Assembly: GCF_018350175.1 (NCBI RefSeq)
Contig: NC_058369.1
Location: 1,676,001 to 1,740,000, forward strand
DNA: 64,000 bases
Source: Felis catus
Taxonomy: Eukaryota
Reading direction: 5' to 3'
The notes beneath the pieces are model-generated. The model was not told the origin of the DNA and made no database searches. It worked only from the letters and a program-made list of their open reading frames with translations. The translations under genes and the position numbers were made by a program. Shown piece after piece: positions 1 through 12,160 of this stretch. Within the stretch, counting starts at the first letter, position 1, and each line of letters starts with the position of its first letter.

Positions 1-780
1 CCCCTGGCCCCCAGAGGGCTCACGCCATAGCGGGGATCTACAAAGAGCCCTGGGTGCCGTGCTGGTGTTTGAACCTTGAGACCAGGCGGACGCAAAACCT
101 CTTTGGCCTGGCCTCTGCCGCCCACCTCCGAAGCTCCAAGCACTGGGTGCCCCCCCCTGCCCTCCGCTCCCCCCGCCTGCGGCTTCTCCAGGGTCACAGT
201 CCCCCTGGCCTGGTGTGGGGCGGGCCGGCCACGTGAGGGCCTCCACTCAGCCTTTGTGCATCCATGACCTTTGGGTGCAGTGGGGGGCAGGAAAACTCTA
301 GCTGGGATTTTGCCAGGTAGACATTTGTTAAGAGAAGCCGCGCACCCGCTGGAACAGCGTCTCGTGACTCCCTGTCAGCCTGGTCTTTTTGTGCGCGGGC
401 TAAATCGGTCCCCCAGGCAGCTATATTTAGAAAGCGCTGGACACTCAGGAATGAATGAGGTGCCCACAAGCTAGGGGAAAATAGCGCTGCCTTGGGCTGG
501 GAGTGCAGAGCCCAAGAATGAGCCGGCCTGTGGGCGCGGGCAGGGACCAAGGGTGACGATGTGGCTGATGCGGGAGCAGAAGAGAAGGCTCCTCTGTCAC
601 CCGGAGGTCACCCGGAGGATGACGGCAGTCATGTGAGAGTGTGTGAGCTGGGAACGGCCGGGCCAGGATGCCGAGCACCCGGGGCTCATGGCACCCCTGC
701 TCTTGGCTTCCGAGCACTGAGGCAATGCTGTCACCCAGGCCCCGTGATGGGGTAGCATGGATGCCAAGGGGCCGGGGGGC

Positions 781-827
781 GGGGGAGGGGAGAGGGGAGA
801 GGGGAGAGGGGAGAGGGGAGAGGGGAG
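781..827 (+). repeat. (GGGGAGA)n purine tandem repeat, G-quadruplex-capable
   Basis: About 6 direct copies of ggggaga read directly. Confidence 0.9.
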
Positions 828-1021
828 GACAACCCAGGCCTTCCCACCTTGGTTCAGGCAGGTCCTTCTCTTCCTGGGCCCGGACAAACTCCTATATCTC
901 CTACAAAGCCCTGGGACAGGTCACCCCCTGAGAAGCCCCTGCTTGGCCGTCTGTGCACAACCAGTCTGCACTGAAACACCTCCTCGGGGCATCCGCAGCT
1001 CCCTGAACACTCCTTGGCCCT

Positions 1022-1480
1022 TTATGCATTTCCTGTGTCCTCAGTCACAATCATAAATTACCACCAATGTGGCAGCTTAGAACCACACACATACATATAT
1101 TCTCTGACAGTTCTGGAGTCAGGATTCTAACTCAGGTCTCACTGGGGCTAACACCCGGGCGTGGGCAGGGCCGGCTCTCCCGGGGCCCCAGGGAGCCCCG
1201 TGTCCCCCTTTTCTGGCTTCCAGAGGCGTCGCGTCCTAGGCCCGCGGCCCCTCATCCTCACGGCCAGCAGCGCGGGGTCTGCCCGTCTCTCTGCCTCTGG
1301 CCCTCTGCCTCCCTCTCAGGAGGACCTTGTGAGGACAGTGGGCCACCCGGAGCACCCGGGGTCACCCCCACCTCGGGGGCATGGGCTTGCGCCCACCTGC
1401 AAGGTCTCCTCTGCAATGGAAGGCATCCTTATTCACAGGGACCAAGACGGGGATCTCGGGCACCTCAGCCACTCTCCACT
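1022..1480 (-). mobile_element. MLT1D-like ERVL-MaLR solo LTR
   Basis: aaattaccac...cagttctggagtcag...ggtctcactggggcta...ttattcacagg is colinear with the recalled reverse MLT1D consensus. Confidence 0.8.
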
Positions 1481-1804
1481 CTGCAGAAGGGGGACAGCCT
1501 GTCCAGGGCACACACCAAGGAGGACAAGCCTCAGAGCTGGGCTGTCGGGGCAGTTCTTTGCTCTGGGGCTCTGAGCTGCTGGCTGACACCACATCCTGGA
1601 CCGGTCAGTGGTTCCCCAGGGACGTCCCGCCCCACCTCTGATGCTGTTGGAAAGTCCTGGATAAAAGCAGACCCAGAGGGGCTCTTCCTATGGGCTGGCT
1701 GTAACTAGGGACATTTTTCATGTTAGAAACAAAGAACAACAGAATCCAACAGCCAATAATGGGACTGACTAAATAGCTTCAGAGACTTTCCTGCTGTGGG
1801 GGGT

Positions 1805-2010
1805 CCAGAGCCTCAAGTGGGGTCTTGCTGGGGCCACTGCTCCCCGTAGCACCAGGGTCATCTGTGGTCATCATGACTGGATGACTGAGGCGGGGGGGGG
1901 GCTCCCGGCATCGAGGGGCAGGGGCCGGGGATGCCGCTCAGCCCCCATGGCGCCCGGGACGCCCCGCAGAGAACGCCCTGGCCCGGTGTCCGCTGACGAG
2001 GAGACCTTGG
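1805..2010 (+). mobile_element. MER20 hAT-Charlie DNA transposon
   Basis: Core catctgtggtc...ctcccggcatcgagggg...ggggatgccgctcagc; degenerate 8-bp TSD gtccagag/gtctaggg. Confidence 0.7.
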
Positions 2011-2569
2011 TCTAGGGATATTCAATCCTGCAGCTTCCCCGTGAAATCTGTGTGCTGCTTCGGGCCCCAGCGGGTTCGGAGAAGCAGCCCGGCTCCCGGC
2101 ACCTGCTCCCGGCACACACCATAAGTCCTCAGTGTCCAGGCAGGTCACGACTCCTGAGGGGCCCCAGATGCCCACGTGGGGCAGACAGAAGGGTTTGGGG
2201 TCAAATGCCAGGGTGCCTCTCTCTGCACTACGGCAAAACGTCAGGGTGTCTGCACGGAACCTCCGCTCGAGTGCCAACCCACGTGGGTCTGGAGGGAGGT
2301 GTGGCTCCTCCCCCCCCCCCCAAACACAGCAACGGTGCAGAGAAGCCAGAGGCACAGTCCGGGATGCAAGTTTCGGCCAGTGAGGGCAGAGGGGAGGGCT
2401 TCTTGAGGCCTTGGCCGAGGCTGGGGGGCTACACGTCCATCTGGGGGGTGTGGAGCCACATCAGCCACATGGTGCTAAGTGTGGGGTTTTGGTGTCTCCT
2501 ACAAAACCTTCCAGGGAGGGACAGCAGCCTTGGGCCCCAGTGACCAGCAGGGGAGGGACCTCAGTGCCT

Positions 2570-2606
2570 GGGTGCCCACGGGTGCCCACGGGTGCCCACG
2601 GGCGCC
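2570..2606 (+). repeat. 10-bp tandem repeat (ggtgcccacg) x3.5
   Basis: Three exact copies at 2571-2600 plus a partial copy. Confidence 0.9.
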
Positions 2607-4274
2607 GGCTCTGGGTTTGTGGGAAACCTCTTCTGGGAGTGAGCTAATCTCCACTCCCAGTGGCCTCTGCCCCAAGATGAGGTTTCGATGACCCACGCGG
2701 AATTTCTAACAATGAGATCGAGTGTGTGGTCCTGCTCACGCTGACATCCCCTTTCTCAACCGTCCAAATTCCATTACGCCTTTTCTTGTTACTGCAGGAA
2801 GGCAGCCAAGCCCGGCGCTGCCCGGGGGGTGTGAGTCTCCTGTGACCCTCACCGCCTCGGTGCCCTGGCTCTCAGAGCCTCTGCAGGACCTCGGAGAGAC
2901 GGCACACGGGAAGCGGGGTGCACACGCAGAACGCGCGGGGGGGATCTCGTGGAATCCGGACAGGACTTCCGCAGGGCAGCCCGCGCGTTCTCTGGTGGAG
3001 CCTCTCCGACTTCTGTCCCCGCATCTGAGATCCTCCTTACTGGCGTGGCACGTACGGCTGGACAGGCAGCAGGGACCCCGTGCACAGCCCACGGCTGCCA
3101 GGACGCGAACTCTGCTGACGCCCCGAGGGGGCTCAGGGGCAGGGTCTCCCCTGCGTCCGGCCCCCAGGTAAGGATGCAGCACCCGGATGGTGGCCTGTGG
3201 GACCCTGAGCAGAGGACCCAGTTAGGCTGTGCCCAGATTCCTGACCCACAGAGACTGTGAGACAATAGATGGGTGGAGTCTGGGGCCATCTGTCACACAG
3301 CATCACTGACACAGCAGAGGAGCCTGGAGGAGGGGGAGGGGGAGCAGCCTGATGTGGCCACCAGGACGCTCCCCCACTTTATCCTACAACGTCACGTCAA
3401 CTGGCCCTTCCGCTCCTGAATGAACCTACTTGACTGTAAAAATAACTTAGAGGGAATAGAAAAAAATAACGCAAAATAACAACATCTTGCTCCCGACCCC
3501 GAAATCCTTGACTGAAATGACCGCTCTCGGCAGATACAGCTGTGTGTCTGCTTTGGGGGAGCAAACCCCGGGCCACGCGTCTCAGGCGCCTGCTCCCCAG
3601 CACGGGCTCCGGAGGTGGAGCTACGCCAGCGAATACAGAGATTTGCTTATAAATTGATCTCAGGCTGAAAAGCCACCTCCTACGGAACGTGCTCTGGTGC
3701 CTTTCAGAAGGAACTTGCCGGGACACCGGCGGACTTTCTGTGACCATTGGAGGTGCCCAGGGGTCCAGGACTCCCCGCTCCCCCTGGACGGCACGCTGGC
3801 CACAGTCCTGCCTCCTCCCCTGCTCCACGTGCCCGGGGGGGGTCTCACTTGCACCCAGCTGGGTCCCACGCCGGCACCGGGAGGGACACGGTCTCCTTCA
3901 CGCCTGCCACCCCGAGGCAGAGACCAGGCGGAGCCGGATCTCATTCTGTGACCGAGCGCTTAGGCCCTGCCGTTCCAAGAGTTTGGGAAGGGCCTGTCCC
4001 CGTCCCCTGGACGTATGCACGAGACGCAGGAACAGAAGGAAGACGGCGACCTGACCGCGACACCCCCGCCCCCGGCCGTGGCACGCGGGGCTCCTCCTCC
4101 TCTCTCGCCCGCCCTACTTCTTTCTAGCAGCTTCACAGCGAGGTCAGTTGGGAAACCACAGCACTCACCGTTTGAAGTACGTGATTGTCAGGTTCAACGT
4201 GTGCACGTCTGACAAAACGTATACATCGTGTGACACGCGTTTCAACCATTTAAAAGGTTTTATTGTATTATATT

Positions 4275-4436
4275 GTTAAAGTTCACTTATTTACGTAACG
4301 AGAGAGAGAAAGCAAATGGGGGAGGGTGGGCAGAGAGAAAGAGAGAGAATCGGGGCTCAAACCCACGAATCGTGAGATCGTGACCTGAGCCCTGAGCCGA
4401 AGCCGAGAGTCAGGTGCTTAACCCACTGAGCCACCC
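4275..4436 (-). mobile_element. Can-SINE (SINEC_Fc2-like), internally deleted
   Basis: (ga)n, ggggctcaaacccacgaatcgtgagatcgtgacctgagc, cttaacccactgagccaccc. Confidence 0.85.
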
Positions 4437-4443
4437 TTAACCA

Positions 4444-4544
4444 TTTTTTAAAATTAAGTAGGCCCCATGACCAATGTGGGCCTTGAACTTACAATGCTGA
4501 GATCATGAATCACATGCTCTATGACTGAGCCACCCAGGAGCCCC
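4444..4544 (-). mobile_element. Short older carnivore tRNA-derived SINE
   Basis: taagtaggcccc...cttgaacttacaatgctgagatca...gactgagccacccaggagcccc. Confidence 0.75.
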
Positions 4545-4547
4545 TCG

Positions 4548-4975
4548 TTTTAACCATTTTTAAGCATGCAGTTCAGTGGTATCTTCACATTATCGTGCAA
4601 CCACCACACTCTAGTTCCAGAACATTCCATCACCCTCAAAAGAAACCCCTTCCCCCTTAGCATTTATCCCTCCCCCTCCCCCATCCTAGTCCCCACGAGC
4701 CCCCTTCCTCTATGGATGAACCTGTTCTGGACGTTTCACCCACGTGGACTCACACCTCGTGTGGCCTCTCGTGTCTGGTTCCCTCCCTGAGCGTGGTGTG
4801 TTTGGGGTCCGTCCCCGGGGCAGCGGGTATGGGCGCTTCCCCCCCTGCTCGCGGCCGAAGGACGTGTGCGTGTGTAGACTGACCACGTTTCGTTCACCCG
4901 TTCATGTGCCGGTCAACATCTAGGCTGTCTGCACCTCGTAGCTGCCGTGGACACGTGTGTACGAGCGTCTGCCCG
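4548..4975 (-). mobile_element. L1MB-type LINE-1 3' UTR fragment (carries group A homogenised tract)
   Basis: cagttcagtgg...tgcaaccaccac...tagttccagaacattccatcacc matches the L1MB 3' end. Confidence 0.8.
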
Positions 4976-5118
4976 GGCGCCTGGCCGCCCCTCAGCTTTC
5001 CTTCTCACCAGCTCCCCAGCGGCCGCCCTGTCCTGCTTTCCCGGGGAGCGTGGCGATCGATGGCCCCGGGGCTCTGAGGGGCCGTCCAGCTGCACAAGTG
5101 GCCCCAGCCTGGGAGACC

Positions 5119-5262
5119 TGGGGTGGCTCATTTTCCACGTCGGCTTGTCTGGGCCACGGGGTGCCCCGGTGTGTGTGGTCCAGCATTATTCTGGATGTTT
5201 CCGTAAGGCTGTTTCTGGATGAGACTGACCTTGAAATAAATGGACTTTGTTAAGAGGACGAT
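5119..5262 (+). mobile_element. MLT2 (ERVL) LTR 5' fragment
   Basis: cattattctggatgtttccgtaaggctgtttctggatgagactgacc...tggacttt matches the recalled MLT2 consensus. Confidence 0.7.
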
Positions 5263-5277
5263 CGCGGATCCACGAGC

Positions 5278-5495
5278 TGACTCTACACCTTAAGGAACGA
5301 GAAGTGGCAAGAGACCCCGGGGCCGGCGGAGGAAGGAAATGACAAACACACAGCGGAGGTAAATGAAAAAATGAAACAGAGACTAAAAAACCGCAGGAGA
5401 GTCAACGGAACCAAAAGCCGGTTCTCTGAAGAGATGGACAGAGCTGGCAACCAGCCCGCTGGATGGACCCGGAGTCGAGGAGAGAAGGCGCACGT
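5278..5495 (+). mobile_element. Decayed LINE-1 ORF2 fragment
   Basis: Translation RVNGTKSRFSEEMDRAGNQPAGW aligns to L1 ORF2p KINETKSWFFEKINKIDKPLARL. Confidence 0.75.
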
Positions 5496-5964
5496 CGTGG
5501 GAACGGGAGTGGCCAGAGGGCTGGGTGGTGGGGGGTGCGGGGCCCCAAGGACCACGAACACAGCACAGGCCCCGGCCGAGCCGGGTGGACAGGCTCCCTG
5601 GACGCACACACGCGCCCGCCCTGCGACGGCCAAAGCGCCCGCTCACACCTGCCAGAGACCTGCCCCAGGGCCGGAATCCTGCCTCTTCAGACCTATGGCC
5701 ACGTTTAATCTCGGCAACATTCTTGGGAAGTTGGAGGATGTTGTTTCCGTGGCGGAGATGAAAGGAATCCGCCAAATGCGACAGAGCCGGTTAGGGGCGG
5801 ACCTGGGGTGTGCACTCGGGTTTCCTGGCCCCGAGCCCGGAGCCCTGTCCACGGTGACCGAGGCCCAGTGTGTCACGTGCGCATGGAGCACTGTGGCTTG
5901 CTTGTTCCTTTTGCTAAAAAACAACAGATTCCAAACCCGTGAAGTAAGAATGAATGCGCCGTAC

Positions 5965-5995
5965 CTTCTGCAGTTTTTCCAAAGACACCACTTTA
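5965..5995 (-). other. GNG7: Candidate non-coding 5'-UTR micro-exon, possibly of GNG7 (rest of the window would be intronic)
   Basis: Minus strand: pyrimidine tract ctccctctccctctgtctcccccgcttc, then accgAG|taaagtggtgtctttggaaaaactgcagaag|GTacgg, in repeat-free sequence. Resembles my recollection of the short GNG7 UTR exon. No GNG7 coding sequence is in the window; not database-verified. Confidence 0.35.
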
Positions 5996-7344
5996 CTCGG
6001 TTTGAAGCGGGGGAGACAGAGGGAGAGGGAGCGGGTGCGGTGGTGGTCACTTGACCACCTCCAGCTTTTCTCGGGGAAATACGGCGCGGTCGCCAAAAAC
6101 GTGGTGGGCGAACGGGAATCGGCCACGTCCTCCGGAGACATCGGGGTCTTCTGGAGAGTCTGCTTTACTCTTCACAGCCGATCCAGTCGGGAGAGAGAAC
6201 TGTGTTTCTCTGCAGCTTGGACACTCCCCGTTCTGGAACACGACGGTCCGGTCCGTCGGACACACCAGTGTCAGAAAAACAAAACATTCAGGAACTGAGC
6301 CTTGAGATGTAAGGCTCAGTGTTTTTCCACGTCTGGCTTTCTGCTTTGCCGGAAGCCCCGCGCCGGGATGAAAAAGGGGGAGGTGGAAAGTGCAGGCTCC
6401 GGGCAAACCAATGAACCTCGGGCGGAGGAGGTGACAGGTATACGGGCACAGGAAGCCGAGGGATCTGAGGCTGGCCGCCGAGGGCCAGGGGGTCAACAGG
6501 AAGGGGAGGAAGTCCCGAGACCAGACCGGGGTGGGCCCGGGCCCTTTGAAGCTGTTGTTTTCCAGGGGACGGGACCCCTGCACCAGGCGGGACCCTGGAC
6601 AGAGCTGAATCTCTCTGATACTGGATGCACACGGTGTGACAGCCGCTGGGGGCCACCGGGTCCAGCTGGCAGGGTGGCCCTGAGACTGAGACTGAGTGCC
6701 AGCCTACACCCCGTGCCACACACACACACAGCTGCCTGAGGGAGCACCAGGGCCACGAGGGAGAGGCGAGTGGGGACCCTGTCCCGTCCAGCTGCATCAC
6801 CGTGGACGTGGCCTCCTTTGTGCGGCCGAGGAAGCCCCAGGCTACGGAGGCCAGGGGGACACCTGCAGCTGCCGGGGACCGCCCCCACACTTTGAAAAGC
6901 CGGCAGCTAGACTCAAGTTTGGAGTTGGGGGAGTGGTGCTGGTCCTTGGGGCTGATTCTGCCGTGGGCCTGCCCCGCAGGGTCAACAGAAGCCGCCGCCC
7001 CTGGGCCGGCACAGGCTGTGTCCCTCTGGCTCCCAAGCTCTCCGGTGCCCCTCTTCCTCTGCAAACATTATTAGCTCTTTCCACAAACCAACAGGGTTTT
7101 TTTCCACTTACACAAAGGGTCGTGCCACTGCTGCCGCTCCTGGGCCACATGGGCCTGTGTCAGCCGCTCTGTACCCCAGGGGGGCAGGCATCACAGTCCA
7201 CAGTCGTAGGGGGTAGGGGGCGGGGCCGGACGTTGGGTGGAAACCTCCTAGCCCACTGCCTGGGGGGGGAGGTCCGGCCAAGGCTCCGGGAGGCTCCAGG
7301 GTCTCAGGTGTAGGAAGGAGGCAGGTGGGGGGTTCTCTCTAGAG

Positions 7345-7529
7345 CAGGTCTCTCCCAGGGCACTGGGGACACCAGTGCGGGCAGTTCTCTGGGGGTGTCC
7401 TGAACACCATCCCTGGCCCCCAGACACTCCACGCCAGGAGCACCGCTAGAGGTGAAACCACCAAAAATGTCCCCGGACATCCCCAATGTCCCCTGGGGGG
7501 GCAGAATCTCCCCCCGGTGAGACCCCCTG
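7345..7529 (-). mobile_element. MER20 (retains ancestral accaaaaatgt core)
   Basis: catccctggcccc...accaaaaatgtccccggacat...cccctggggggcagaatc; ctctagag target site on the left. Confidence 0.8.
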
Positions 7530-7768
7530 GGTTAGGGGGCTCCACCGACCCTCAGGAGAACCCCCAGAGTGTTCTGTGAGCATCTGACTGACTACTGCCG
7601 TCCTGGGAGGCTGCACACAGAGAAATACACACACTAGGCGGAGGGAGAGAGGGGGCGACTCGCAGACACAGGGACCACCCTGGTTTGTACCTTCTGACCC
7701 CTGGGGGTTTACTCTGCTCTCTTGTGTGGGTAAGACTGGACTCAATATTTTTCCCTAAATAATTAATG

Positions 7769-7950
7769 CAGAGTTTCTCCCCCTTGGCACAGACATGGGA
7801 GCCTGGTCACTCTCTGAGGGCGTCCTGGGCACTGTGAGGGCTGAGCAGCATCCCCAGCCCCAGCCCCTCGATGCCAAGAGCCTCCAACTTTGTGATGACC
7901 ACAGATGACCCCAGTTACGGCCCATGACCCTTGGGGGCAGAACTAGCCTT
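7769..7950 (-). mobile_element. MER20
   Basis: gtcctgggcactgtgagggctgagcagcatcccc...ctcgatgccaagagc...accacagatg. Confidence 0.8.
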
Positions 7951-8131
7951 AAGGGAGGGCTGGGTGAGAGCCACCAGAAAACGCAGCACCGAGTGGGGAG
8001 ACAGAGCAGGGTGGGGGGTGGGAGATGGCTGGTGAAGTCTCCCCGCTTCGGGCCCCCTCCCTGTGGGGGGAGGGGCCCTCCCTGCTGCCTGGGCAACTCA
8101 GCATCCTGTGCTGAGGGCCGCCGGCCGGCAT

Positions 8132-8706
8132 GCAGTCATGGCTCACAGTTTGCAGATCACTTGTTCTCAAATTTGCCCACTCACTAAACCCCAATCGATT
8201 CTCGAGGGGGGGGGCATTTCTCAGTCATCCTCAGACATGTGCAGAGCAGTGAAACATCTGTCACTGACCCACGTTCCCGGCTGCGGTGGGACGGGGCGCT
8301 CAGCTCCGGCTGTAACCGGAGGGCCTTCTCAATACCGAGGGCCGCGGCATTCGCACTTTGCGCTTTCGGTGGCCGCGTGAGTCCGTCCAGGTGCACAGCG
8401 GCCGTGCTGGCAGGTGCTCCCGGCCGCGACACGCCTCACGGAGAAAGTACACGTGTCAGACAAGCCTCGTTCGGCAGTTCCTGCGCCGTTGGCTGTGAGC
8501 GCGACGTTAACGAGTCAGCTGTGTATCGAAGTGTCTTTAAACGGAAGCCCGTGTGACACGAGGTTATGACTTGATCGGCTGACCGCGATGTGACCAGAGG
8601 CTCCAGGAACCTGACCCAGCGTGTCCCCCAGGAGCCGCGCCTGCTGCCCCCTAATTCAGTGTCTGCAGCGACCTCGCAGAACAGAACCACACAGCATGAA
8701 TCCAGC
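8132..8706. mobile_element. TcMar-Tigger non-autonomous element, MER82-like, near full length
   Basis: gacatgtgcagagcagtgaaa...gtgtctttaaacggaa...gtgaccagaggctccaggaacctgaccc...ctaattcagtgt is colinear with the recalled consensus. Confidence 0.7.
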
Positions 8707-8744
8707 ACACGTACGCATATAAATATAGAAACATGAAGATACGT

Positions 8745-9110
8745 AATTGCCCATCATTAGATGCCTAGGTTGTTTCTGTTTTTCTCCTCTTTGCCATGAA
8801 AATCTATTCACATAAAACGAATATCCATTCACACGATGTCTGTGTATGCCTCTCTTTTTTCCCCTAAAGATAAATTCCTAAGTGTAAATCCTGAGTTCAA
8901 AGGTACGGGGGGGTTAATGCAGCTATGCCTTCAAAAAGGCTGCGGAAAGGTCCCATCAGGGTGAGGGGGGCACTCATGCAATTAGCCATCACCCCCACAA
9001 CATGGCCAGTGAGCTACGGGTCTCGGATTCCGTCACCTTGTGTTTTCCCACACCCTCTTGTTCAAGTACAAAACGCTAACACACGTACAGATGAGCAAAC
9101 AGATATCACT
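8745..9110 (-). mobile_element. Old L1ME-type fragment
   Basis: ctaggttgtttct...agataaattcctaagtg...gagttcaaaggta. Confidence 0.45.
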
Positions 9111-10045
9111 CATTACGGCTCCGTGCATTTAAATGTGACACGGGTGTCACCAACACCTGCCTCAAGACAACAACATTTTCAGGGCCTCCTCCCAGAGTGT
9201 GTCACTACCCTCTTCTCCATTATTAGGACATTTTTCATTATTATTAGCCTGATTCTCGCTCCTGAAGACAGAAAAGAGGGTAGATTCTGACTTCAGGAAG
9301 AGATGCTTAAGTGAGAAGGAAGAACTGCCTAGAAGATTCTAGAAGGTTCTAGAAGACAGCCGGCCAGGATCTGCTCAGAAACTTTGAGAGGTCAGTCTGT
9401 CTGGCCTGAGGGGCAGTGGGGGTGGGGGTGGGGGTGGAGTAAGTTCCAGCCGTGGCTCCAGGCGTTTGTCTGGGCACCTGCCGGCTGGCTCTGTGAACCT
9501 TGACGCCTCGCCTGAAACATGGGGACCCCCGGCACCGCTCTGCGGTCTCTGTGAGGATGAAAAGGGCAAGTGCGGTGCCCAGGGCGCTTACCCACAGCAA
9601 CGGCGATAAGGATAATGTAACGCAGATCGTGTAGGACAGAAGCCACGTGGAAGCAAATCCAAATTATTGCCAGCAGGAGCGGTGGCTCCCGGGGTCGGGG
9701 TCGGGGCCGACGCGGGCTGCAGTTGAGGCGCCGCAGAATCCTCGGTCCCTCCCCCAGATCTCATCCTCACGGCATGCACGTCAGGGCCTCCACGGGGGAA
9801 GCGGCTGGACGGGGGCCACGTGGGGTTGTGGGGGCACAGCATGGCTCCTGGGGGAAGCTTACTGTCCCTTCTTTTTCCTCCGCTCCCAAGAAAGGTGTGA
9901 GGACTGCTTCTGCAGAGCAAGCGGGGCCCCTGACGGTGCCGGAGACACCTGCTGCCTGCGGCTCGCCTGTTCAGGGCAAGGGAGGAAGATTCCAGAAGGC
10001 TTGGCTAATTGACTCTGTGCTTTTTCGTTAGCAAGGCCTTTCTTT

Positions 10046-10265
10046 TATAAATTTTTTTTTTCAACGTTTATTTATTTTTGGGACAGAGAGAGACAGAGCA
10101 TGAACGGGGGAGGGGCAGAGAGAGAGGGAGACACAGAATCGGAAACAGGCTCCAGGCTCTGAGCCATCAGCCCAGAGCCTGACGCGGGGCTCGAACTCCC
10201 GGACCGCGAGATCGTGACCTGAGCCGAAGTCGGACGCTTAACCGACTGCGCCACCCAGGCGCCCC
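10046..10265 (-). mobile_element. Full-length felid SINE (SINEC_Fc)
   Basis: Poly(T) tail, (ga)n, head ...actgcgccacccaggcgcccc; TSD gcaaggcctttcttt/gcaagacccttcttt. Confidence 0.95.
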
Positions 10266-10308
10266 GCAAGACCCTTCTTTACATGCAGGAGTGGGTGGAG
10301 ACTTTCAC

Positions 10309-10312
10309 ATGC

Positions 10313-10345
<33 letters not shown>
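10309..10345 (+). repeat. (TG)n microsatellite
   Basis: Direct reading. Confidence 0.95.
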
Positions 10346-10347
<2 letters not shown>

Positions 10348-10371
10348 AGTGTGGAGGGGTCGCTGGGTTGG

Positions 10372-10510
10372 GGGGATCTCACCTGGGGCGATCCTGCCCC
10401 AGACACACTGGGCAGTGTCTGGGGATGGCTGTGTCTGTCACACCCGGGCAGTCCTGGCACCAAGCGGGTGGGGCCCAGCCTGGTGTCTGCAGTGCCAGGG
10501 ACACAGGTCT
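10372..10510 (+). mobile_element. MER20, internally deleted
   Basis: ctcacctggggcgatcctgcccc...ggcagtgtctgggga...ctggcaccaagcgggtgggg. Confidence 0.65.
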
Positions 10511-11129
10511 AGGTCACCTTGCAGCCACTGATGCAATCACGCACAGAGACCCCCCCCTCCCCGGCTCCTGCTCTGCAGCTTTGCCTCTGGGTCCCCCTGC
10601 CCCACACCGGGGCTCTCCTAGAAGGACGACAAACAGACCGTCTACTCTTTTCCTTGGTTGGTCTCAGAAATGCCGAGAAAACCACCCAGCACAGGAAGCT
10701 GCCCAGGCGGTGAAACGAATGGGAAGTATGTCTTTCTGACTGTGACTGGCCCTTCTGGGGAGCCGCCGGGCAATCCCCTCCCTGGGCACCTCTCTTGGAA
10801 GTTTCTCTGTGCTCTGTTTCTTGGAACGAAACTGGGCTGGCAGCTACCACTCGTGCCCTCTGCCCGCTTGGGGCCTTGCAATAAAATCCAGCAGATTCAG
10901 ACGGTTCGCATCCAAGCCTGACCGTGAAGCACCATAAAACCCCAGAGCAGCTGTCCCTGTGCCCTTGGCCTGTCCTCCGCCGGAAAGCAGGGTCCCAAGC
11001 TGTCACCACTTCAGGGAGACACATCCACGGCTCATTCTGTTTTTTTCTTTTTTTCTTTTTGAAACATGACTGATAAATAAACATCACTTATGTTCAGTTG
11101 AAAGTTATCCTTACTTTCAGTATCTATGA

Positions 11130-11321
11130 CAGGGTCCCCCCACCCTGCACTGGTGACATCAGGCTGAGTCACTCCCTGGGGGCTGTCCCAGGTGCTATGG
11201 GGGCTGAGCAGCATCCCTGGCCCCCACCCTTTATGCCAAGAGCACGGAGTCGTGAGGGCCACAGATGTCCCCAGACACGGCCCACTGTGTCGCTCCCACC
11301 CCCTTTCCACTGAGAACCACA
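11130..11321 (-). mobile_element. MER20
   Basis: Termini caggg...tgagaaccac; core gcagcatccctggcccc...ccacagatgtccccagacacggccc; TSD atctatga/ctctagga. Confidence 0.85.
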
Positions 11322-11756
11322 CTCTAGGATTACTGAGTTAATCCCCCACTGTCTTCGTTTTAAGGAGGCATTTTTTTTTAACATAACTGCCAACTTACTT
11401 TTTAAAAATTTGTTTGCATTGGCATAATAGGCATACAGCACCTGTAAGTTTAAGGTACAAAGTGTTGACTTGATAGCCTTTCCTCCTGCAACATCATCAC
11501 CAAGGTGACTGTCAGTGGATTCCAATGTTTCCACTCCCCCCCGCCCCGCCACTTCCCTGGCCCAAGAAGGACCAGAGGCATTCATGCAGGTACAGAACAG
11601 AAACACGTCACAGGACAAGTAATGAGGCATCAGAGGTGGTGTGGGGGGCGGGGAGGGGTGATCCCCCAAAGAAACCATGGGACGGGTCGCAAAGTGGGGA
11701 GGGTGGTTCTGTGCGGGACAGTTCCGGGTTCATCTTGAGGGACAACAAGGTCTGTT

Positions 11757-12160
11757 GTGGCGATGGGGTGGATACCGTCGCCCAGATTCACGTTCTCCTG
11801 GACACTCACCACGTGGCCTCATTTGGAGAAAGGGTCTTTGCAGATGTGAGATGTCAAGGACCCTGGGGTGAGGTCATCCTGAATGGAAGGCGGGCCTCAA
11901 ATCTGACAGCTGGTGTCCCCTCAGAGAGGGGAGGGCGTTTGGCTCTCAGACACACAGGCAGAGGCCATGGGACCACAGAGACAGGCACTGGGGGGACGTC
12001 TGGAGCCCCGAGAAGCTGGAGGAGGCAGGACGGACCCTTGGAAGGGAGCAAGGTTCTGTGAAAACCCTGATTTGGGACTTCTGGCCTTCAGAATGTGAGA
12101 GTATAAATTTCTGTCCTAAGCCACCAAGTTTTGGGTCATTGGTTACAGCTGCCCCGGGGG
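11757..12160 (+). mobile_element. MLT1 (B/C-like) solo LTR
   Basis: atttggagaaagggtctttgcagatgt...gacttctggccttcagaatgtgagag...taagccaccaagttt...gttacagc. Confidence 0.8.

Noticed and set aside
2570..2606. Short direct repeats as a possible CRISPR-like array
   Set aside because: Spacerless 10-bp tandem repeat in mammalian DNA.
10072..10269. Recurring ORFs of the GAWVAQSVKRPTSAQV type (also ~24870, 39821, 51720)
   Set aside because: Translations of Can-SINEs, not a gene family.
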